A stretch of DNA of 46,439 nt from a candidate division WOR-3 bacterium (GCA_027053075.1 JALUEE010000044.1:1-46439); one strand, 5' to 3'. Shown: positions 19,913-30,154, counted from the first letter of the stretch. Numbers and translations: made by a program. The notes: generated by a model not told the origin, from the sequence alone.

Positions 19913-20623
19913 TTATATCTCCAGAATCAAGATTCTGTCGCTTCCATGTGGTGATTCTGCAAGCAGCTTTCCCCTCTCAACTACCAAAGCCCCTCCAAAA
20001 GACGGCTCGTCAACATCATATTCAAGGGCATTGACAAGCAAAGCCCGCGTTCCTTTGACAGCTTCTATGTAAACGTTTTTCTCTACCGATTCCCACTGCT
20101 CAACATCCGGTGATTTTCCGGCAAAGGAACGGGACATCGGAACCAGCAGTAAATCTAAGTCATCAGGTATCTCTCTAACTGCCTCGGGATAGAATAAGTC
20201 CCCACAGATCAAACAGGCAATTTTACCAAGCTCCGTTTCCTTTACCACTATTTTCTGACCTTTTGAGTATGGTGGTTTTTCGCTAAGCTTCCTCTGCACA
20301 AGCACTATTTCACCGGTTCTATCAATCAGAATCCCTGTGTCGTAAAATTTTTCACCACTCCTTTCTACAATTCCAAAGCAGATGTATGCCGCTAAACGTT
20401 TTGCCATCCGGGACATAAAAGAAAACGTGGGTCCAGTTAAAGGCTCTCCAAATTTTTTAAGGTCCTCTAATTCATAAACGTAGCCGGTTAAAGTGCACTC
20501 TGGCAAAAAGATCAGGTCTGGCCGCTCCCTCTCGATCTCCCTTAGTTTACTCTCAAGTCGTCTCCTATTTTCTTCGGGGAAACGCGGGTGTGTTTTAAGT
20601 GGTAAAAGAGCGACTTTTGCCAT
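19913..20623 (-). CDS. Carbon-nitrogen hydrolase (nitrilase superfamily)
   Basis: LPE..LTGY (Glu), QRK (Lys), ICGD (Cys) triad. Confidence 0.88.
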   Translation of the reverse strand: MAKVALLPLKTHPRFPEENRRRLESKLREIERERPDLIFLPECTLTGYVYELEDLKKFGEPLTGPTFSFMSRMAKRLAAYICFGIVERSGEKFYDTGILIDRTGEIVLVQRKLSEKPPYSKGQKIVVKETELGKIACLICGDLFYPEAVREIPDDLDLLLVPMSRSFAGKSPDVEQWESVEKNVYIEAVKGTRALLVNALEYDVDEPSFGGALVVERGKLLAESPHGSDRILILEI

Positions 20624-20690
20624 TGTTGCTTACACTGCCGCGCTGTGACTACACAACTCTTTTGGGCCTAAATCAGCTTTCTGGTTGTCC

Positions 20691-21707
20691 CTATTCCTTT
20701 TCTTTCTTTTCCTCTTTGGGCAGGAGGTTGAGCTCTTCGCGGATTTTACGCTCGATCTCCGCTGCTATCTCAGGATTCCGCTCAAGAAAGATTTTTACGT
20801 TCTCACGGCCCTGACCTAACTGCTTATCAGCATAAGAGTACCATGTCCCTGCCTTTTTGATAATTCCGAGTTCCACACCAAGGTCAAGGATTTCACCAGC
20901 ACGGGAAATACCTTTACCAAACATGATGTCAAATTCGGCCTCACGGAACGGAGGAGCAAGTTTATTTTTCACAACCTTAACCCTCACTCTGTTCCCGACA
21001 GTCTGGTCACCAACTTTGATGGACGCGATTCTTCTGATCTCAAGCCTCACAGAGGCATGGTATTTGAGGGCAAGGCCACCGGGGGTTGTCTCCGGATTTC
21101 CCCACATCACTCCAATTTTCAGCCTCAGCTGATTAATAAAGATGGCCGAGGTACGTGATTTGTTAAGCACACCGGAGAGCTTTCTCATGGCCTTTGCCAT
21201 GAGTCTTGCCTGTAGCCCCACCTGAGAATCGCTCATTTCACCCTCAATTTCTGCCCTCGGAACAAGGGCTGCCACTGAGTCCACCACAATGAGGTCAATT
21301 GCCCCACTCCTCACCAGAGTTTCAGCAATATCGAGTGCCTGCTCACCTGTATCGGGCTGTGAAATATATAGCTCTTCAAGTTTCACTCCGAGGTTTTTAG
21401 CATATCTCGGGTCGAGCGCATGCTCTGCATCGATAAAAGCTGCAATTCCTCCTTCCTTTTGAACTTCGGCAATGGCATGCAATGCCAGTGTGGTTTTACC
21501 CGAGGCTTCAGGACCGTAAATCTCGATGATCCTGCCCCTCGGATAGCCACCCACTCCCAGAGCAGCATCAAGGGCAACGGAGCCTGTTGGAATGACGGGA
21601 ACGTCTATTTTGACCCCCTCTCCCAATTTCATTATGGCTCCCTTGCCAAACTGCTTCTCTATCTGCTTGATGGTCATTTCAAGGGCTTTTTCCTTATCTG
21701 TTGCCAT
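20691..21707 (-). CDS. recA: Recombinase RecA
   Basis: [42 protein letters not shown]. Confidence 0.99.
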   Translation of the reverse strand: MATDKEKALEMTIKQIEKQFGKGAIMKLGEGVKIDVPVIPTGSVALDAALGVGGYPRGRIIEIYGPEASGKTTLALHAIAEVQKEGGIAAFIDAEHALDPRYAKNLGVKLEELYISQPDTGEQALDIAETLVRSGAIDLIVVDSVAALVPRAEIEGEMSDSQVGLQARLMAKAMRKLSGVLNKSRTSAIFINQLRLKIGVMWGNPETTPGGLALKYHASVRLEIRRIASIKVGDQTVGNRVRVKVVKNKLAPPFREAEFDIMFGKGISRAGEILDLGVELGIIKKAGTWYSYADKQLGQGRENVKIFLERNPEIAAEIERKIREELNLLPKEEKKEKE

Positions 21708-21721
21708 TCATTCTCACCTCT

Positions 21722-22276
21722 TTAAATTTTTGGAGGGGTAACCCCTCTCTGTCCCTGATACTTTCCTTTCCTATCACGGTATGAAACCTCACACTGCTCA
21801 TCAGCTTCAAGGAATATTACCTGTGCAATCCCCTCATTGGCATAGATTTTTGCCGGAAGAGGGGTTGTATTGCTTATCTCAATAGTTAAATGACCTTCCC
21901 ACTCCGGCTCGAGCGGAGTTATGTTGACAACAATTCCACACCTTGCGTATGTGGATTTCCCGAGGCAAATTCCCATTACACCTCGAGGAATCCTGAAATA
22001 CTCCACTGTCCTCGCAAGACAAAAGGAATTTGGTGGAATTATGCACTCTTTCCCTTTGACCTTAACAAACGACCTGTCATCAAAATTTTTAGGATCAACT
22101 ATTGTGGAATACACATCTGTGAAAATCAGGAATTCATCGGCAACCCGGATGTCATATCCATAAGATGAAATTCCGTATGAAATTACACCGTCTCTCACCA
22201 GATTCAGCTCAAAAGGCTCAATCATACGATGCTTTTTAACCATCTCCTTTATCCATCTGTCGGACTTGAGTCCCAT
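21722..22276 (-). CDS. dcd: dCTP deaminase
   Basis: [38 protein letters not shown]. Confidence 0.96.
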   Translation of the reverse strand: MGLKSDRWIKEMVKKHRMIEPFELNLVRDGVISYGISSYGYDIRVADEFLIFTDVYSTIVDPKNFDDRSFVKVKGKECIIPPNSFCLARTVEYFRIPRGVMGICLGKSTYARCGIVVNITPLEPEWEGHLTIEISNTTPLPAKIYANEGIAQVIFLEADEQCEVSYRDRKGKYQGQRGVTPPKI

Positions 22277-22289
22277 TTCGTCCTCCTTA

Positions 22290-22318
22290 TTGTTATTTTT
22301 TATCGGGCGTGTTAAATT
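22290..22318 (+). promoter_or_regulatory. Candidate extended -10 promoter of epimerase-argH (leaderless)
   Basis: TTGTTA, 17 nt, TG-n-TAAATT; ATG 7 nt downstream, no SD. Confidence 0.45.
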
Positions 22319-22325
22319 TTAAGCC

Positions 22326-23330
22326 ATGAAAATACAATTTAAAACCGTAAAAATCAAGACTGCCAAACCTTTTAGAATAGCACGGGATGCAACAGTCGAA
22401 AAGGAAATTATTATCCTCCAGATTGACGAAGGACTGGGTGAGGCCGCAGCTTACACAACTTATGGAGAAACCCTGCAGGGAAACATCGATTTTTTAAATG
22501 AAAAGATAAGGCCCATACTTGAGAATCATGACCCCTTTGAAATCAACGCAATACACGACGAGATGGAAAGAATTTCCCCGCATTTTAACTCCATTAAAGC
22601 CGCAGTGGATATGGCAATTTACGACCTTATCGGAAAAACTCTCGGTATTCCAACATATAAATTTTTGGGAATTACACCCACACCGGTCAGAACTTCATAC
22701 ACCATCGGAATTGACGAAATTGAGATAATGCAAAAGGACGTGGAGCTCCACAGTGATTTTGAAGTTTACAAAATCAAAGTGGGCATCGGCAACGAGATGG
22801 AAGTTATAAAAGCCATAAGGGAGGTAACCGACAAACCTTTGAGGCTCGATGCCAATGAGGGATGGACCGCAAAAGAAGCAGTGAGGAAAATTAATCAAAT
22901 CCTCGAGCGCTTTGACAATATTGAGTTTATCGAACAGCCGGTGCCACGCTGGGACATTCGAGGACTCAAATATGTCAAAGAAAATGTGCCCATACCTGTG
23001 ATTGCCGATGAGAGCTTCCACAAGTTGGAAGATTTTCAGAAGATCGCTGATGCTGTGGATGGGGTAAATATAAAACTCGCAAAAAGTGGAGGAATCACAG
23101 AAGCACTGAGAATTATCCATGCTGCAAGAGCACTTGGCTTGAAAGTCATGCTCGGATGTATGGTTGAGACATCCCTTGCCATTTCTGCAGCTGCTCAGAT
23201 CGCACCACTCGTGGACTACGCAGACCTTGATGGTAACCTTCTCCTTGAATCTGATCCATTCAAGGGGGTAAAAACTGAAAAGGGCAGGCTTTACTTAAAT
23301 GAGCTGCCCGGACTTGGAGTAACAGCATGA
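22326..23330 (+). CDS. L-Ala-D/L-Glu dipeptide epimerase (enolase superfamily)
   Basis: KIKVG, DANEGW, EQP, ADES, NIKLAK.GG, GCM.E, DLD motif. Confidence 0.9.
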   Translation: MKIQFKTVKIKTAKPFRIARDATVEKEIIILQIDEGLGEAAAYTTYGETLQGNIDFLNEKIRPILENHDPFEINAIHDEMERISPHFNSIKAAVDMAIYDLIGKTLGIPTYKFLGITPTPVRTSYTIGIDEIEIMQKDVELHSDFEVYKIKVGIGNEMEVIKAIREVTDKPLRLDANEGWTAKEAVRKINQILERFDNIEFIEQPVPRWDIRGLKYVKENVPIPVIADESFHKLEDFQKIADAVDGVNIKLAKSGGITEALRIIHAARALGLKVMLGCMVETSLAISAAAQIAPLVDYADLDGNLLLESDPFKGVKTEKGRLYLNELPGLGVTA

Positions 23331-24691
23331 AACTATGGGAGAGAAGATTTAAGGATAGAAAAGAAGACCCGTACCTTGAGGAGTTCAATGCCTCGATCAC
23401 TGAGGATTTTTTCCTCTTCAACTCTGAAATAATCGCTTCAAAAGCCTACGCTAAGGCCCTGCACGAGGCCGGCATACTGAGCGATGAAGAGCTCTCTCAA
23501 ATATTGAATGGGCTCGATAAGGTCATCGAGAGGGTAAAGGCTGGTGTAGAGGCAAGAAAATACGAGGATGTTCACACTCTCGTTGAATCTTTGCTGATTG
23601 ATGAAATCGGTGACGTGGGTAAAAAGCTGCACACCGGTCGGAGCAGAAATGAGCAGGTTGTGACCGATGAAAAGCTCTGGATGCGTGGAAGAATCATTGG
23701 ATTGATAGAGCTTTTGAAAGAGCTACAGAGAACAATCATCAAAGTTGCAGAGGAAAATTTTGACGTCATTATCCCCGGCTACACCCATCTTCAGCAGGCA
23801 CAGCCGGTTTTATTTTCCCACTACATCATGTCCCTCTTCTGGGCACTTGAAAGGGATAAGGACAGGCTTCTCATGGCCCTCAAAGGTCTTACCTCATCAC
23901 CTCTCGGAAGCGGTGCACTGGCAGGAACCACAATCCCAATTGATAGGGACAAACTGGCAAAGGAGATGGGATTCCGAGGGCCCACAGAAAACTCCATGGA
24001 CTCGGTTGCAGACAGGAGTTTTATCCTCGATGCTCTCTTTGCTATTTCCATGATTGCAATAGACCTCTCAAGGTTCACTGAGGATTTTATCATTTACTCG
24101 TCAAGGGAATTTGGATTTTTGGAGCTTGAGGACCATATCTCAACCTCAAGCAGCCTGATGCCCCAGAAGAAAAATCCCGACTTCTTCGAGCTTATCAGGG
24201 GCAAAACTGCAAGATTCATCTCTTACCTCACATCCCTGATGGTTACACTAAAAGGTTTGCCCATGACCTACAATAAAGACCTTCAGGAAGACAAATTTCC
24301 CCTCTTTCGCGCATTCACAGAGATCGAGGAGATTATCGTGGTATTCAACAAGTGCCTCCTCGGTATCCATCCAGATCAGGAGAACATTCTCAGGAAGATG
24401 GCCTCTTTCATGCTTGCAACTGACCTTGTGGACTACCTCGTGGCAAAAGGTATCCCTTTTAGGGAAGCGCATGGGATTGTCGGAGAGCTGGTTTATACTG
24501 CTCAGGCTGAGGGTAAAGAGTTAAAACAGCTCTCGCTTGACGAATTTAAGAAATTTTCACCTGCTTTTGAAGATGATGTTTTTGAAATTTTTGACTTCAG
24601 GAAATCAGTTGAGCGCAAGAAGACCTACGGCTCCACAAATCCTGAGTTTGTAAGGAAGCAGATAGAGAAGGCAAAGAAGATAATTTCTTGA
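23327..24691 (+). CDS. argH: Argininosuccinate lyase
   Basis: EDVH, HTGRSRN, PGYTHLQ.AQP, SSLMPQKKNPD, YNKDLQEDK. Confidence 0.97.
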   Translation: MKLWERRFKDRKEDPYLEEFNASITEDFFLFNSEIIASKAYAKALHEAGILSDEELSQILNGLDKVIERVKAGVEARKYEDVHTLVESLLIDEIGDVGKKLHTGRSRNEQVVTDEKLWMRGRIIGLIELLKELQRTIIKVAEENFDVIIPGYTHLQQAQPVLFSHYIMSLFWALERDKDRLLMALKGLTSSPLGSGALAGTTIPIDRDKLAKEMGFRGPTENSMDSVADRSFILDALFAISMIAIDLSRFTEDFIIYSSREFGFLELEDHISTSSSLMPQKKNPDFFELIRGKTARFISYLTSLMVTLKGLPMTYNKDLQEDKFPLFRAFTEIEEIIVVFNKCLLGIHPDQENILRKMASFMLATDLVDYLVAKGIPFREAHGIVGELVYTAQAEGKELKQLSLDEFKKFSPAFEDDVFEIFDFRKSVERKKTYGSTNPEFVRKQIEKAKKIIS

Positions 24692-24696
24692 GGCGA

Positions 24697-24739
24697 AGGT
24701 GGGGTGGGCCGCGCACGAAGTGCGCGGCCCACCCCACCT
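24697..24739. repeat. Perfect 20-bp hairpin with GAA loop immediately after argH
   Basis: aggtggggtgggccgcgcac-GAA-gtgcgcggcccaccccacct; same cgcacGAAgtgcg core as 18860. Confidence 0.8.
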
Positions 24740-24794
24740 GAAAAATCCCGATTGCTATTTATCAAACCAAGTGGATTTCATCCTTTGACCACAA

Positions 24795-24946
24795 TTTCCC
24801 ATTCCGCCCTGTCTTCCCTTTCAAAAGAAAGGGAAGGAGTTCTGTTCTTGCTTAAGTTAGAAAAGCAGAGATGAAACGTTTACGAGAAAGCCGGAAATTT
24901 CCCCTCCTTCGCTTCGTGAAGGAGGGGTTGGGGGAGAATGGGAAAA
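24795..24946. repeat. Inverted doublet of hairpin/polypurine-tail modules
   Basis: tttcccattc..cttccctttc-AAAA-gaaagggaag (24795-24836) and cccctccttcgc-TTC-gtgaaggagggg-ttgggggagaatgggaaa (24901-24946). Confidence 0.7.
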
Positions 24947-25058
24947 ACCTTGAGTTCTGTCGTTTTCACACGCATTTTATGTGTATGGGAGATAATTTCC
25001 AGGCAATATGAAGTATGAACATGTTGAAGAAATCGACTATAAAACGGAGGAATTAAAT

Positions 25059-26219
25059 ATGCTGCAGGGATTTTTATTTTCTGGAGTTAGCTGTGGCATT
25101 AAAACAAAAGGCCGTGACCTCGGCATCATTATCTCAGAGACACCTGCGAACGCGGCCGCTGTTTTTACCAAAAATAAATTCCAGGCTGCACCAGTTATTG
25201 TGTCAAAAGAGAGAATTTCAAAGGGACTTGCCCGCGGAATCGTGGTAAACAGTGGCAATGCCAACGCAGCTACAGGAGAAAAGGGGATAAAGGATGCCCT
25301 GAGGATGGCAGATAAACTTGCAGAATTAAGTGGTTTCTCACCTGATGAAATTCTTGTTGCATCCACAGGAGTTATAGGTATTCCACTGCCCATGGACAAA
25401 ATCGAGAGAGGCATTGAGAAGGCATTCAGCGAACTACGTTCCGATGGTTTTAAAGACTTTGCCGAGGCCATTTTGACGACCGATACCAGGATAAAGATGG
25501 AAACTGCAAGTATGACAGTGGAAGGCAGGGAGATTGAAATCCTTGGTATTGCCAAGGGTGCCGGTATGATTGAACCTGATATGGCCACAATGCTCGCTTT
25601 TATCCTCACTGATGCGTCAGTTGAGCAAGAAGCACTCAAGGAGGCCCTGAAAATCGCTGTAGATATGTCGTTTAATCGCATATCTGTTGACGGATGCCAG
25701 AGCACCAACGACAGTGTGTTCATATTGGCCAACGGAAAAGCTGGCAACAGGATTATCAAAGATGGCCAGCTCTTCGAGGTATTTTTGACGAGCTTGATGA
25801 AGGTCACTCATTCACTCGCAATGCAAATACTGCAGGATGGTGAAGGTGTTACAACAGTTTTTCAGGTTGAGGTTGAATCCGCTAAAACGGATGAAGAGGC
25901 ACTTTTAATTGCTAAAAAAGTGGTAAATTCAAATCTGGTGAAAACTGCAATCTACGGCAAAGACCCCAATTTTGGCCGTATTCTTGCGGCTGCCGGCTCC
26001 ATTAGTTCTTCCATAGAGCCAGAAAAACTTGAACTTTACATTGACGATGTCCTTATCTTTGATAAGGGTGTCCCTGTGGAGTTTGACAGGGGTAAAATTT
26101 TTAAATCAGATTTTATGAGGATTAAACTTGTTCTCAACACAGGCTCCGGGAAAGCTATCTTTTACGGAGCTGACCTCACCGAAGATTATGTAAGGTTAAA
26201 CGCTCATTACACAACATAG
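25059..26219 (+). CDS. argJ: Ornithine acetyltransferase ArgJ
   Basis: NSGNANAATG, STGVIG, TTDT, KGAGMI.PDMATML autocleavage site, STND, DGEG; GGAGG SD before ATG 25059. Confidence 0.96.
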   Translation: MLQGFLFSGVSCGIKTKGRDLGIIISETPANAAAVFTKNKFQAAPVIVSKERISKGLARGIVVNSGNANAATGEKGIKDALRMADKLAELSGFSPDEILVASTGVIGIPLPMDKIERGIEKAFSELRSDGFKDFAEAILTTDTRIKMETASMTVEGREIEILGIAKGAGMIEPDMATMLAFILTDASVEQEALKEALKIAVDMSFNRISVDGCQSTNDSVFILANGKAGNRIIKDGQLFEVFLTSLMKVTHSLAMQILQDGEGVTTVFQVEVESAKTDEEALLIAKKVVNSNLVKTAIYGKDPNFGRILAAAGSISSSIEPEKLELYIDDVLIFDKGVPVEFDRGKIFKSDFMRIKLVLNTGSGKAIFYGADLTEDYVRLNAHYTT

Positions 26220-26229
26220 GAGGAATGGC

Positions 26230-27396
26230 ATGAACATCATTGAAATTGATCAGAAGTACCACCTTCAGGTGTATAAAAGGTTTCCCGTGGTGTTTGTGAA
26301 GGGAGAGAGTGTCTTTCTCTACGACGAGAATGGGAATGAGTACCTCGATTTTCTTGCTGGTATTGGGGTAAACGCACTCGGGCAGAGATATCCTGAAGTG
26401 GTCAGGGCAATAAAAGAGGGAGCAGACGAGCTATTGCACATTTCAAATCTTTACTACACCCCATCGCAGGCACTGCTGGCAAAAGAGCTTGTGGAAGCGA
26501 CTGGCCTTGCAAGAGTGTTTTTTGTCAATAGTGGCTCAGAGGCAAACGAGCTCGCACTTAAGGCCGCGAGAAGATACGGAATGCAGAAGGGCAGATTTGA
26601 ATTTATTGCCCTCAAAAATGCCTTCCACGGACGAACAATGGGAGCCCTCTCGGTTACGGGAAGAGAGAAGTACAAACGTGGCTACAAACCCCTCATAAAT
26701 GGCATAACGTTTGTTCCTCCCAATGATATACAGGCTTTTAAAGACGCGATCACGTCGGAAACTGCTGCTGTGATTATGGAAACCATTCAGGGTGAGGGTG
26801 GGATGACGGTAATGAAAGAAGAATTTGTCAAAGAGGTGCGAGAGATTACACAAGAAAAGGATATACTCCTGATCGTAGATGAGATACAGACGGGGATGGG
26901 GAGAACCGGTCGGATTTTCAGCTATTTCCACTACGGGATTGAGCCTGATATCGTGACTGTGGCAAAGGCATTGGGTGGTGGACTGCCCATCGGTGCCACG
27001 GTGATGTCAGAAAAGGTGGCAGGTGTGATGGACTTCGGAGCTCACGGCTCAACCTTTGGAGGGAATCCTTTGATCACAAAAGTGGCACTAAAGGTACTGC
27101 AGGTTATCAATGAGCCGCAGTTTCTCGAGAGTGTCGAAGAAAAGGGCGAGTATTTCAGAACCAGGTTAGAGGAGGCTGTTGGTGGCTTTGATATTGTTAA
27201 TGAAATACGCGGAAAGGGTCTAATGGTCGGTGTGGAGTTGAAGGAAACAGTTGCCCGTGATGTCGCAGATGAAATGTTCAAGAAACGGATTCTCATCGGA
27301 GTTTCCGGAGATTACACCCTCCGTTTCCTCCCACCCCTTATCGTGGAAAAGGAGCATATAGACATGGTTGTAGAGACCTTAAAAAAGGTGCTTTGA
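26230..27396 (+). CDS. argD: Acetylornithine aminotransferase (class III PLP)
   Basis: NSGSEANE, FHGRT, IQGEGG, DEIQTGMGRTG, AKALGGG, HGSTFGGNP; follows argJ. Confidence 0.9.
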   Translation: MNIIEIDQKYHLQVYKRFPVVFVKGESVFLYDENGNEYLDFLAGIGVNALGQRYPEVVRAIKEGADELLHISNLYYTPSQALLAKELVEATGLARVFFVNSGSEANELALKAARRYGMQKGRFEFIALKNAFHGRTMGALSVTGREKYKRGYKPLINGITFVPPNDIQAFKDAITSETAAVIMETIQGEGGMTVMKEEFVKEVREITQEKDILLIVDEIQTGMGRTGRIFSYFHYGIEPDIVTVAKALGGGLPIGATVMSEKVAGVMDFGAHGSTFGGNPLITKVALKVLQVINEPQFLESVEEKGEYFRTRLEEAVGGFDIVNEIRGKGLMVGVELKETVARDVADEMFKKRILIGVSGDYTLRFLPPLIVEKEHIDMVVETLKKVL

Positions 27397-27400
27397 GAAT

Positions 27401-27931
27401 AAGGAGTGTCAAAAGGAATTTAGCGGATTGTATTGGGCAGGTGAGAGTGCTCATTCCCAAATAAAAAACTCCTCTTCCCGGATAATTTCTTGCGGGGATG
27501 GGATAGCGGAATGCCCCCTCCCATTGCCCGCCCCCACTTGCTTTGCAAGTGGGGGAAGGCTTGTTTAATGAGGACTTCGAACAATCTTCGTTTTGAATCA
27601 AAGATTTTAAGACATTTTTGGCCGCAGACAAAGTTGGGATATAGGTATGATAAAGAGCTTACCTTATATGCAAAGTTTTCGATAGAAAGGGGGAATCTTT
27701 AAACATTTAAAAAAAACTCCTCTCCCCGCATAAATTTCGTGCGGGGAGAGGAGTGAGGTGAGGGGCTACATCTGAATTTTTGTCAAAGATTCACAAATTA
27801 TCCACTCTGTGTTTAAGGGCCTTCTTAAATTTTCAGGCTAAATACCCACTTGTATAGCGAAAGAAATACCTGCCCCATTACATCAAAAACATTGCACTCA
27901 AGCCAATTTTCGCAGATTTTGAGACTCATTC
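27401..27931. mobile_element. Composite non-coding element with three hairpin modules
   Basis: Ends GAGTGTCAAAA (27404) and TTTTGAGACTCATTC (27917-27931); internal end-like TTCGAACAATCTTC (27576-27589); modules 27463-27506, 27506-27560 and 27714-27771. Confidence 0.6.
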
Positions 27932-27939
27932 TTAAAATC

Positions 27940-27968
27940 TTGACAGGTGCTGATCAGAAGGTTATATT
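27940..27968 (+). promoter_or_regulatory. sigma70 promoter of the DUF5320/NifX operon
   Basis: TTGACA, 17 nt, TATATT; GGAGGTG SD before ATG 28000. Confidence 0.65.
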
Positions 27969-27999
27969 CAATTAAAATCATAGTCGGAGGTGAAAGAAA

Positions 28000-28314
28000 A
28001 TGTTTGGATTCGGAAGAGGATTTGGAAGATGGTTTGGAGGATGGGGTAGAGGTTGGTGGGGTGGTAGAGGTTTTGGATGGGGTGCAAGGTTGGGTTACTG
28101 CCCATGGACCGGTATGCCTCGCGGCTGGAGATGGTATGGAGCAGCTCCGTACAACGTTCCTGCCTATGGATACCCTTACGGCGCTCCCACTTACGGTACC
28201 ACGTACCCAGCCACTGAAGACGTAGATGTTCTTAAAAGCCAGGCTGCTATGTTACAGGAGGAAATCAGGAGAATAGAGAAGAGAATTAAGGAGCTGGAGG
28301 GACAGGGAAGATGA
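28000..28314 (+). CDS. DUF5320-like Gly/Arg/Trp-rich small protein with C-terminal coiled coil
   Basis: GRG repeats, GYCPW, C-terminal LKSQAAMLQEEIRRIEKRIKELE; sits before NifB/NifX genes. Confidence 0.75.
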   Translation: MFGFGRGFGRWFGGWGRGWWGGRGFGWGARLGYCPWTGMPRGWRWYGAAPYNVPAYGYPYGAPTYGTTYPATEDVDVLKSQAAMLQEEIRRIEKRIKELEGQGR

Positions 28315-28796
28315 AAATAGCAGTAACATCTACGGGACCAGGCCTTGATTTTCCTGTTGATTACAGGTTTGGCAGGTGTGCGTATTTCATTATAGTGGAT
28401 ACTGATACAATGGAATACCAGGCTTTACCAAACCCTGCAGTTAACGCCCCGGGTGGAGCCGGCACTCTTGCAGCTCAGTTTGTAGCTTCCCAGGGTGTCA
28501 CACACGTTTTAACAGGTGAAGTGGGGCCCAATGCTTATCCAGCACTCATGGCAGCAGGTGTTACTCCAGTCACAGGTGTTACCGGCACGGTAAAAGAGGC
28601 AGTTGAGGCCTTTAAAGCGGGCAGAATCCCGGCAGCAGCTCAGACAGCACCCCCTCAATGGGGTTACCCTCAGCCAGCCCCCATGGATAGAGAGACAGAA
28701 CTAAAGGCACTAAAAAGCCAGCTTGAAGTTTTAAAATCACAGTTAAACGGTCTTCTTGAGAGGATCGAAAAACTTGAAAAGGAGAAGAATCAATGA
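28311..28796 (+). CDS. NifB/NifX-family FeMo-cofactor-binding-like protein with coiled-coil tail
   Basis: MKIAV, RFGRC.YF, NP....GGAG..AAQ, G.VGPNA. Confidence 0.88.
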   Translation: MKIAVTSTGPGLDFPVDYRFGRCAYFIIVDTDTMEYQALPNPAVNAPGGAGTLAAQFVASQGVTHVLTGEVGPNAYPALMAAGVTPVTGVTGTVKEAVEAFKAGRIPAAAQTAPPQWGYPQPAPMDRETELKALKSQLEVLKSQLNGLLERIEKLEKEKNQ

Positions 28797-29284
28797 AAGT
28801 TGCTATCACATCAACAGGTCCGACGCTTGATTCACCGGTGGACCCGAGATTTGGAAGGGCAGCGTATTTCATTATAGTTGATACCGATACCATGGAGTAT
28901 CAGGCATTCCCAAATCCCGCAGTTAATGCCACAGGTGGAGCAGGAACAATGGCAGCCCAGTTTGTGGCATCCCAGGGTGCACAGGCTGTGGTTTCTGGAG
29001 AGGTCGGTCCGAATGCCCTTGCAGCTCTTCAGGCAGCAGGACTCCAGATTATCACCGGAATGACAGGAACAGTGAGAGAAGTCATAGAGAGAATAAGAGC
29101 CGGTAATTTCTCGTTCTCAACTCCACCTGCCACTGGATTTCAGGGTGGACCTGGCTACGGTCCCGGAGGAGGAAGAGGTTGGGGCCGAGGCGGTGAATGG
29201 GGTAAAGGTAGAGGAAGAGGCCCTGGTGGTGGCTGGGGCAAAGGTAGAGGTGGACGCGGAGGCGGCTGGGGACCTGGATTCTAA
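28793..29284 (+). CDS. NifB/NifX-family protein with RGG-rich tail
   Basis: Close paralogue of the previous gene (RFGRAAYF); tail GRGWGRGG... Confidence 0.88.
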   Translation: MKVAITSTGPTLDSPVDPRFGRAAYFIIVDTDTMEYQAFPNPAVNATGGAGTMAAQFVASQGAQAVVSGEVGPNALAALQAAGLQIITGMTGTVREVIERIRAGNFSFSTPPATGFQGGPGYGPGGGRGWGRGGEWGKGRGRGPGGGWGKGRGGRGGGWGPGF

Positions 29285-29296
29285 GGATTTTTAGTT

Positions 29297-30154
29297 ATGA
29301 AAATTGCTGTTGCCTCAGGAAAGGGAGGGACCGGGAAGACTTTTGTCTCAACTTCCCTTGCCCTCAGTATTGACGATGAATTGACATTCCTCGACCTCGA
29401 TGTTGAGGAACCCAACGCTCATATTTTCATTAAGCCAGAATTTGAAGAGGAAAGCGACGTCGGTATTCCTGTCCCGAGAGTGGACTACGATAAATGTGAC
29501 TTTTGTGGTGTTTGCCAGGAAGTTTGCGCATACAATGCCATTTTTGCCTTTCCAAATACAAAGAAAGTTGTTGTCTTTGATGAACTCTGCAAGGGCTGCG
29601 GTGCCTGTGTAGTGCTCTGCCCCCAGAAAGCACTTTACGAAGTCCCACGTCCTGTCGGCTCAATGAGAAAAGGAAAGAACGGAAGAATACGATTTTTTGA
29701 CGGTAAACTTAACATCGGAGAGATTAACACCACCTACATGATTACATACATCAAAAAACAGATTGAGGGCGAGGAAAACATCATTATTGACTCACCACCA
29801 GGAACATCCTGTCCCATGATTCAGGCAATAAAGGACTCGGATTTTGTCGTCCTTGTCACTGAGCCCACACCCTTTGGTTTATTTGACCTAAATCTTGCCT
29901 ATCAGGTGGTCAAAAAGATGGAAATTCCAGCGGGTATTGTTATCAACAGATACGGCATAGGAGATGACAGGGTTGAGAAATTTGCCGAAGAAAATCGCGT
30001 CCCGATTCTAATGAAAATCCCATTCTCACGTGAGATTGCTAAGTATTATTCAGAAGGGGTTTCCATTGTGGAGGTTAATGACGAGTGGAAGGAGAAATTT
30101 CGCAAGATGTATCAGGATATTCAAAATCTAACAGGAGCTAAAAACGATGCTTGA
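29297..30154 (+). CDS. MinD-superfamily P-loop ATPase with inserted 2x[4Fe-4S] ferredoxin
   Basis: SGKGGTGKT, DVEEPN, CDFCGVC...C, CKGCGAC...CP, DSPPGTSCP, EPTPFG. Confidence 0.92.
   Translation: MKIAVASGKGGTGKTFVSTSLALSIDDELTFLDLDVEEPNAHIFIKPEFEEESDVGIPVPRVDYDKCDFCGVCQEVCAYNAIFAFPNTKKVVVFDELCKGCGACVVLCPQKALYEVPRPVGSMRKGKNGRIRFFDGKLNIGEINTTYMITYIKKQIEGEENIIIDSPPGTSCPMIQAIKDSDFVVLVTEPTPFGLFDLNLAYQVVKKMEIPAGIVINRYGIGDDRVEKFAEENRVPILMKIPFSREIAKYYSEGVSIVEVNDEWKEKFRKMYQDIQNLTGAKNDA

Noticed and set aside
24960..25000. ARG box upstream of argJ
   Set aside because: Poor match to TGAATA-W3-ATTCA and no tandem copy.
25015..25056. Arg-sensing leader peptide MNMLKKSTIKRRN before argJ
   Set aside because: The CGG-AGG codons are simply the argJ SD, stalling there would block rather than induce translation, and no attenuator is present.
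27947..28225. Alternative-frame 92-aa ORF over the DUF5320-like gene
   Set aside because: Starts inside the promoter; the 28000 frame has the SD, the family pattern and the ATGA coupling.
28311..29284. Nitrogen fixation
   Set aside because: NifB/NifX-like domains occur widely in non-diazotrophs; no nifHDK or nifEN in the window.
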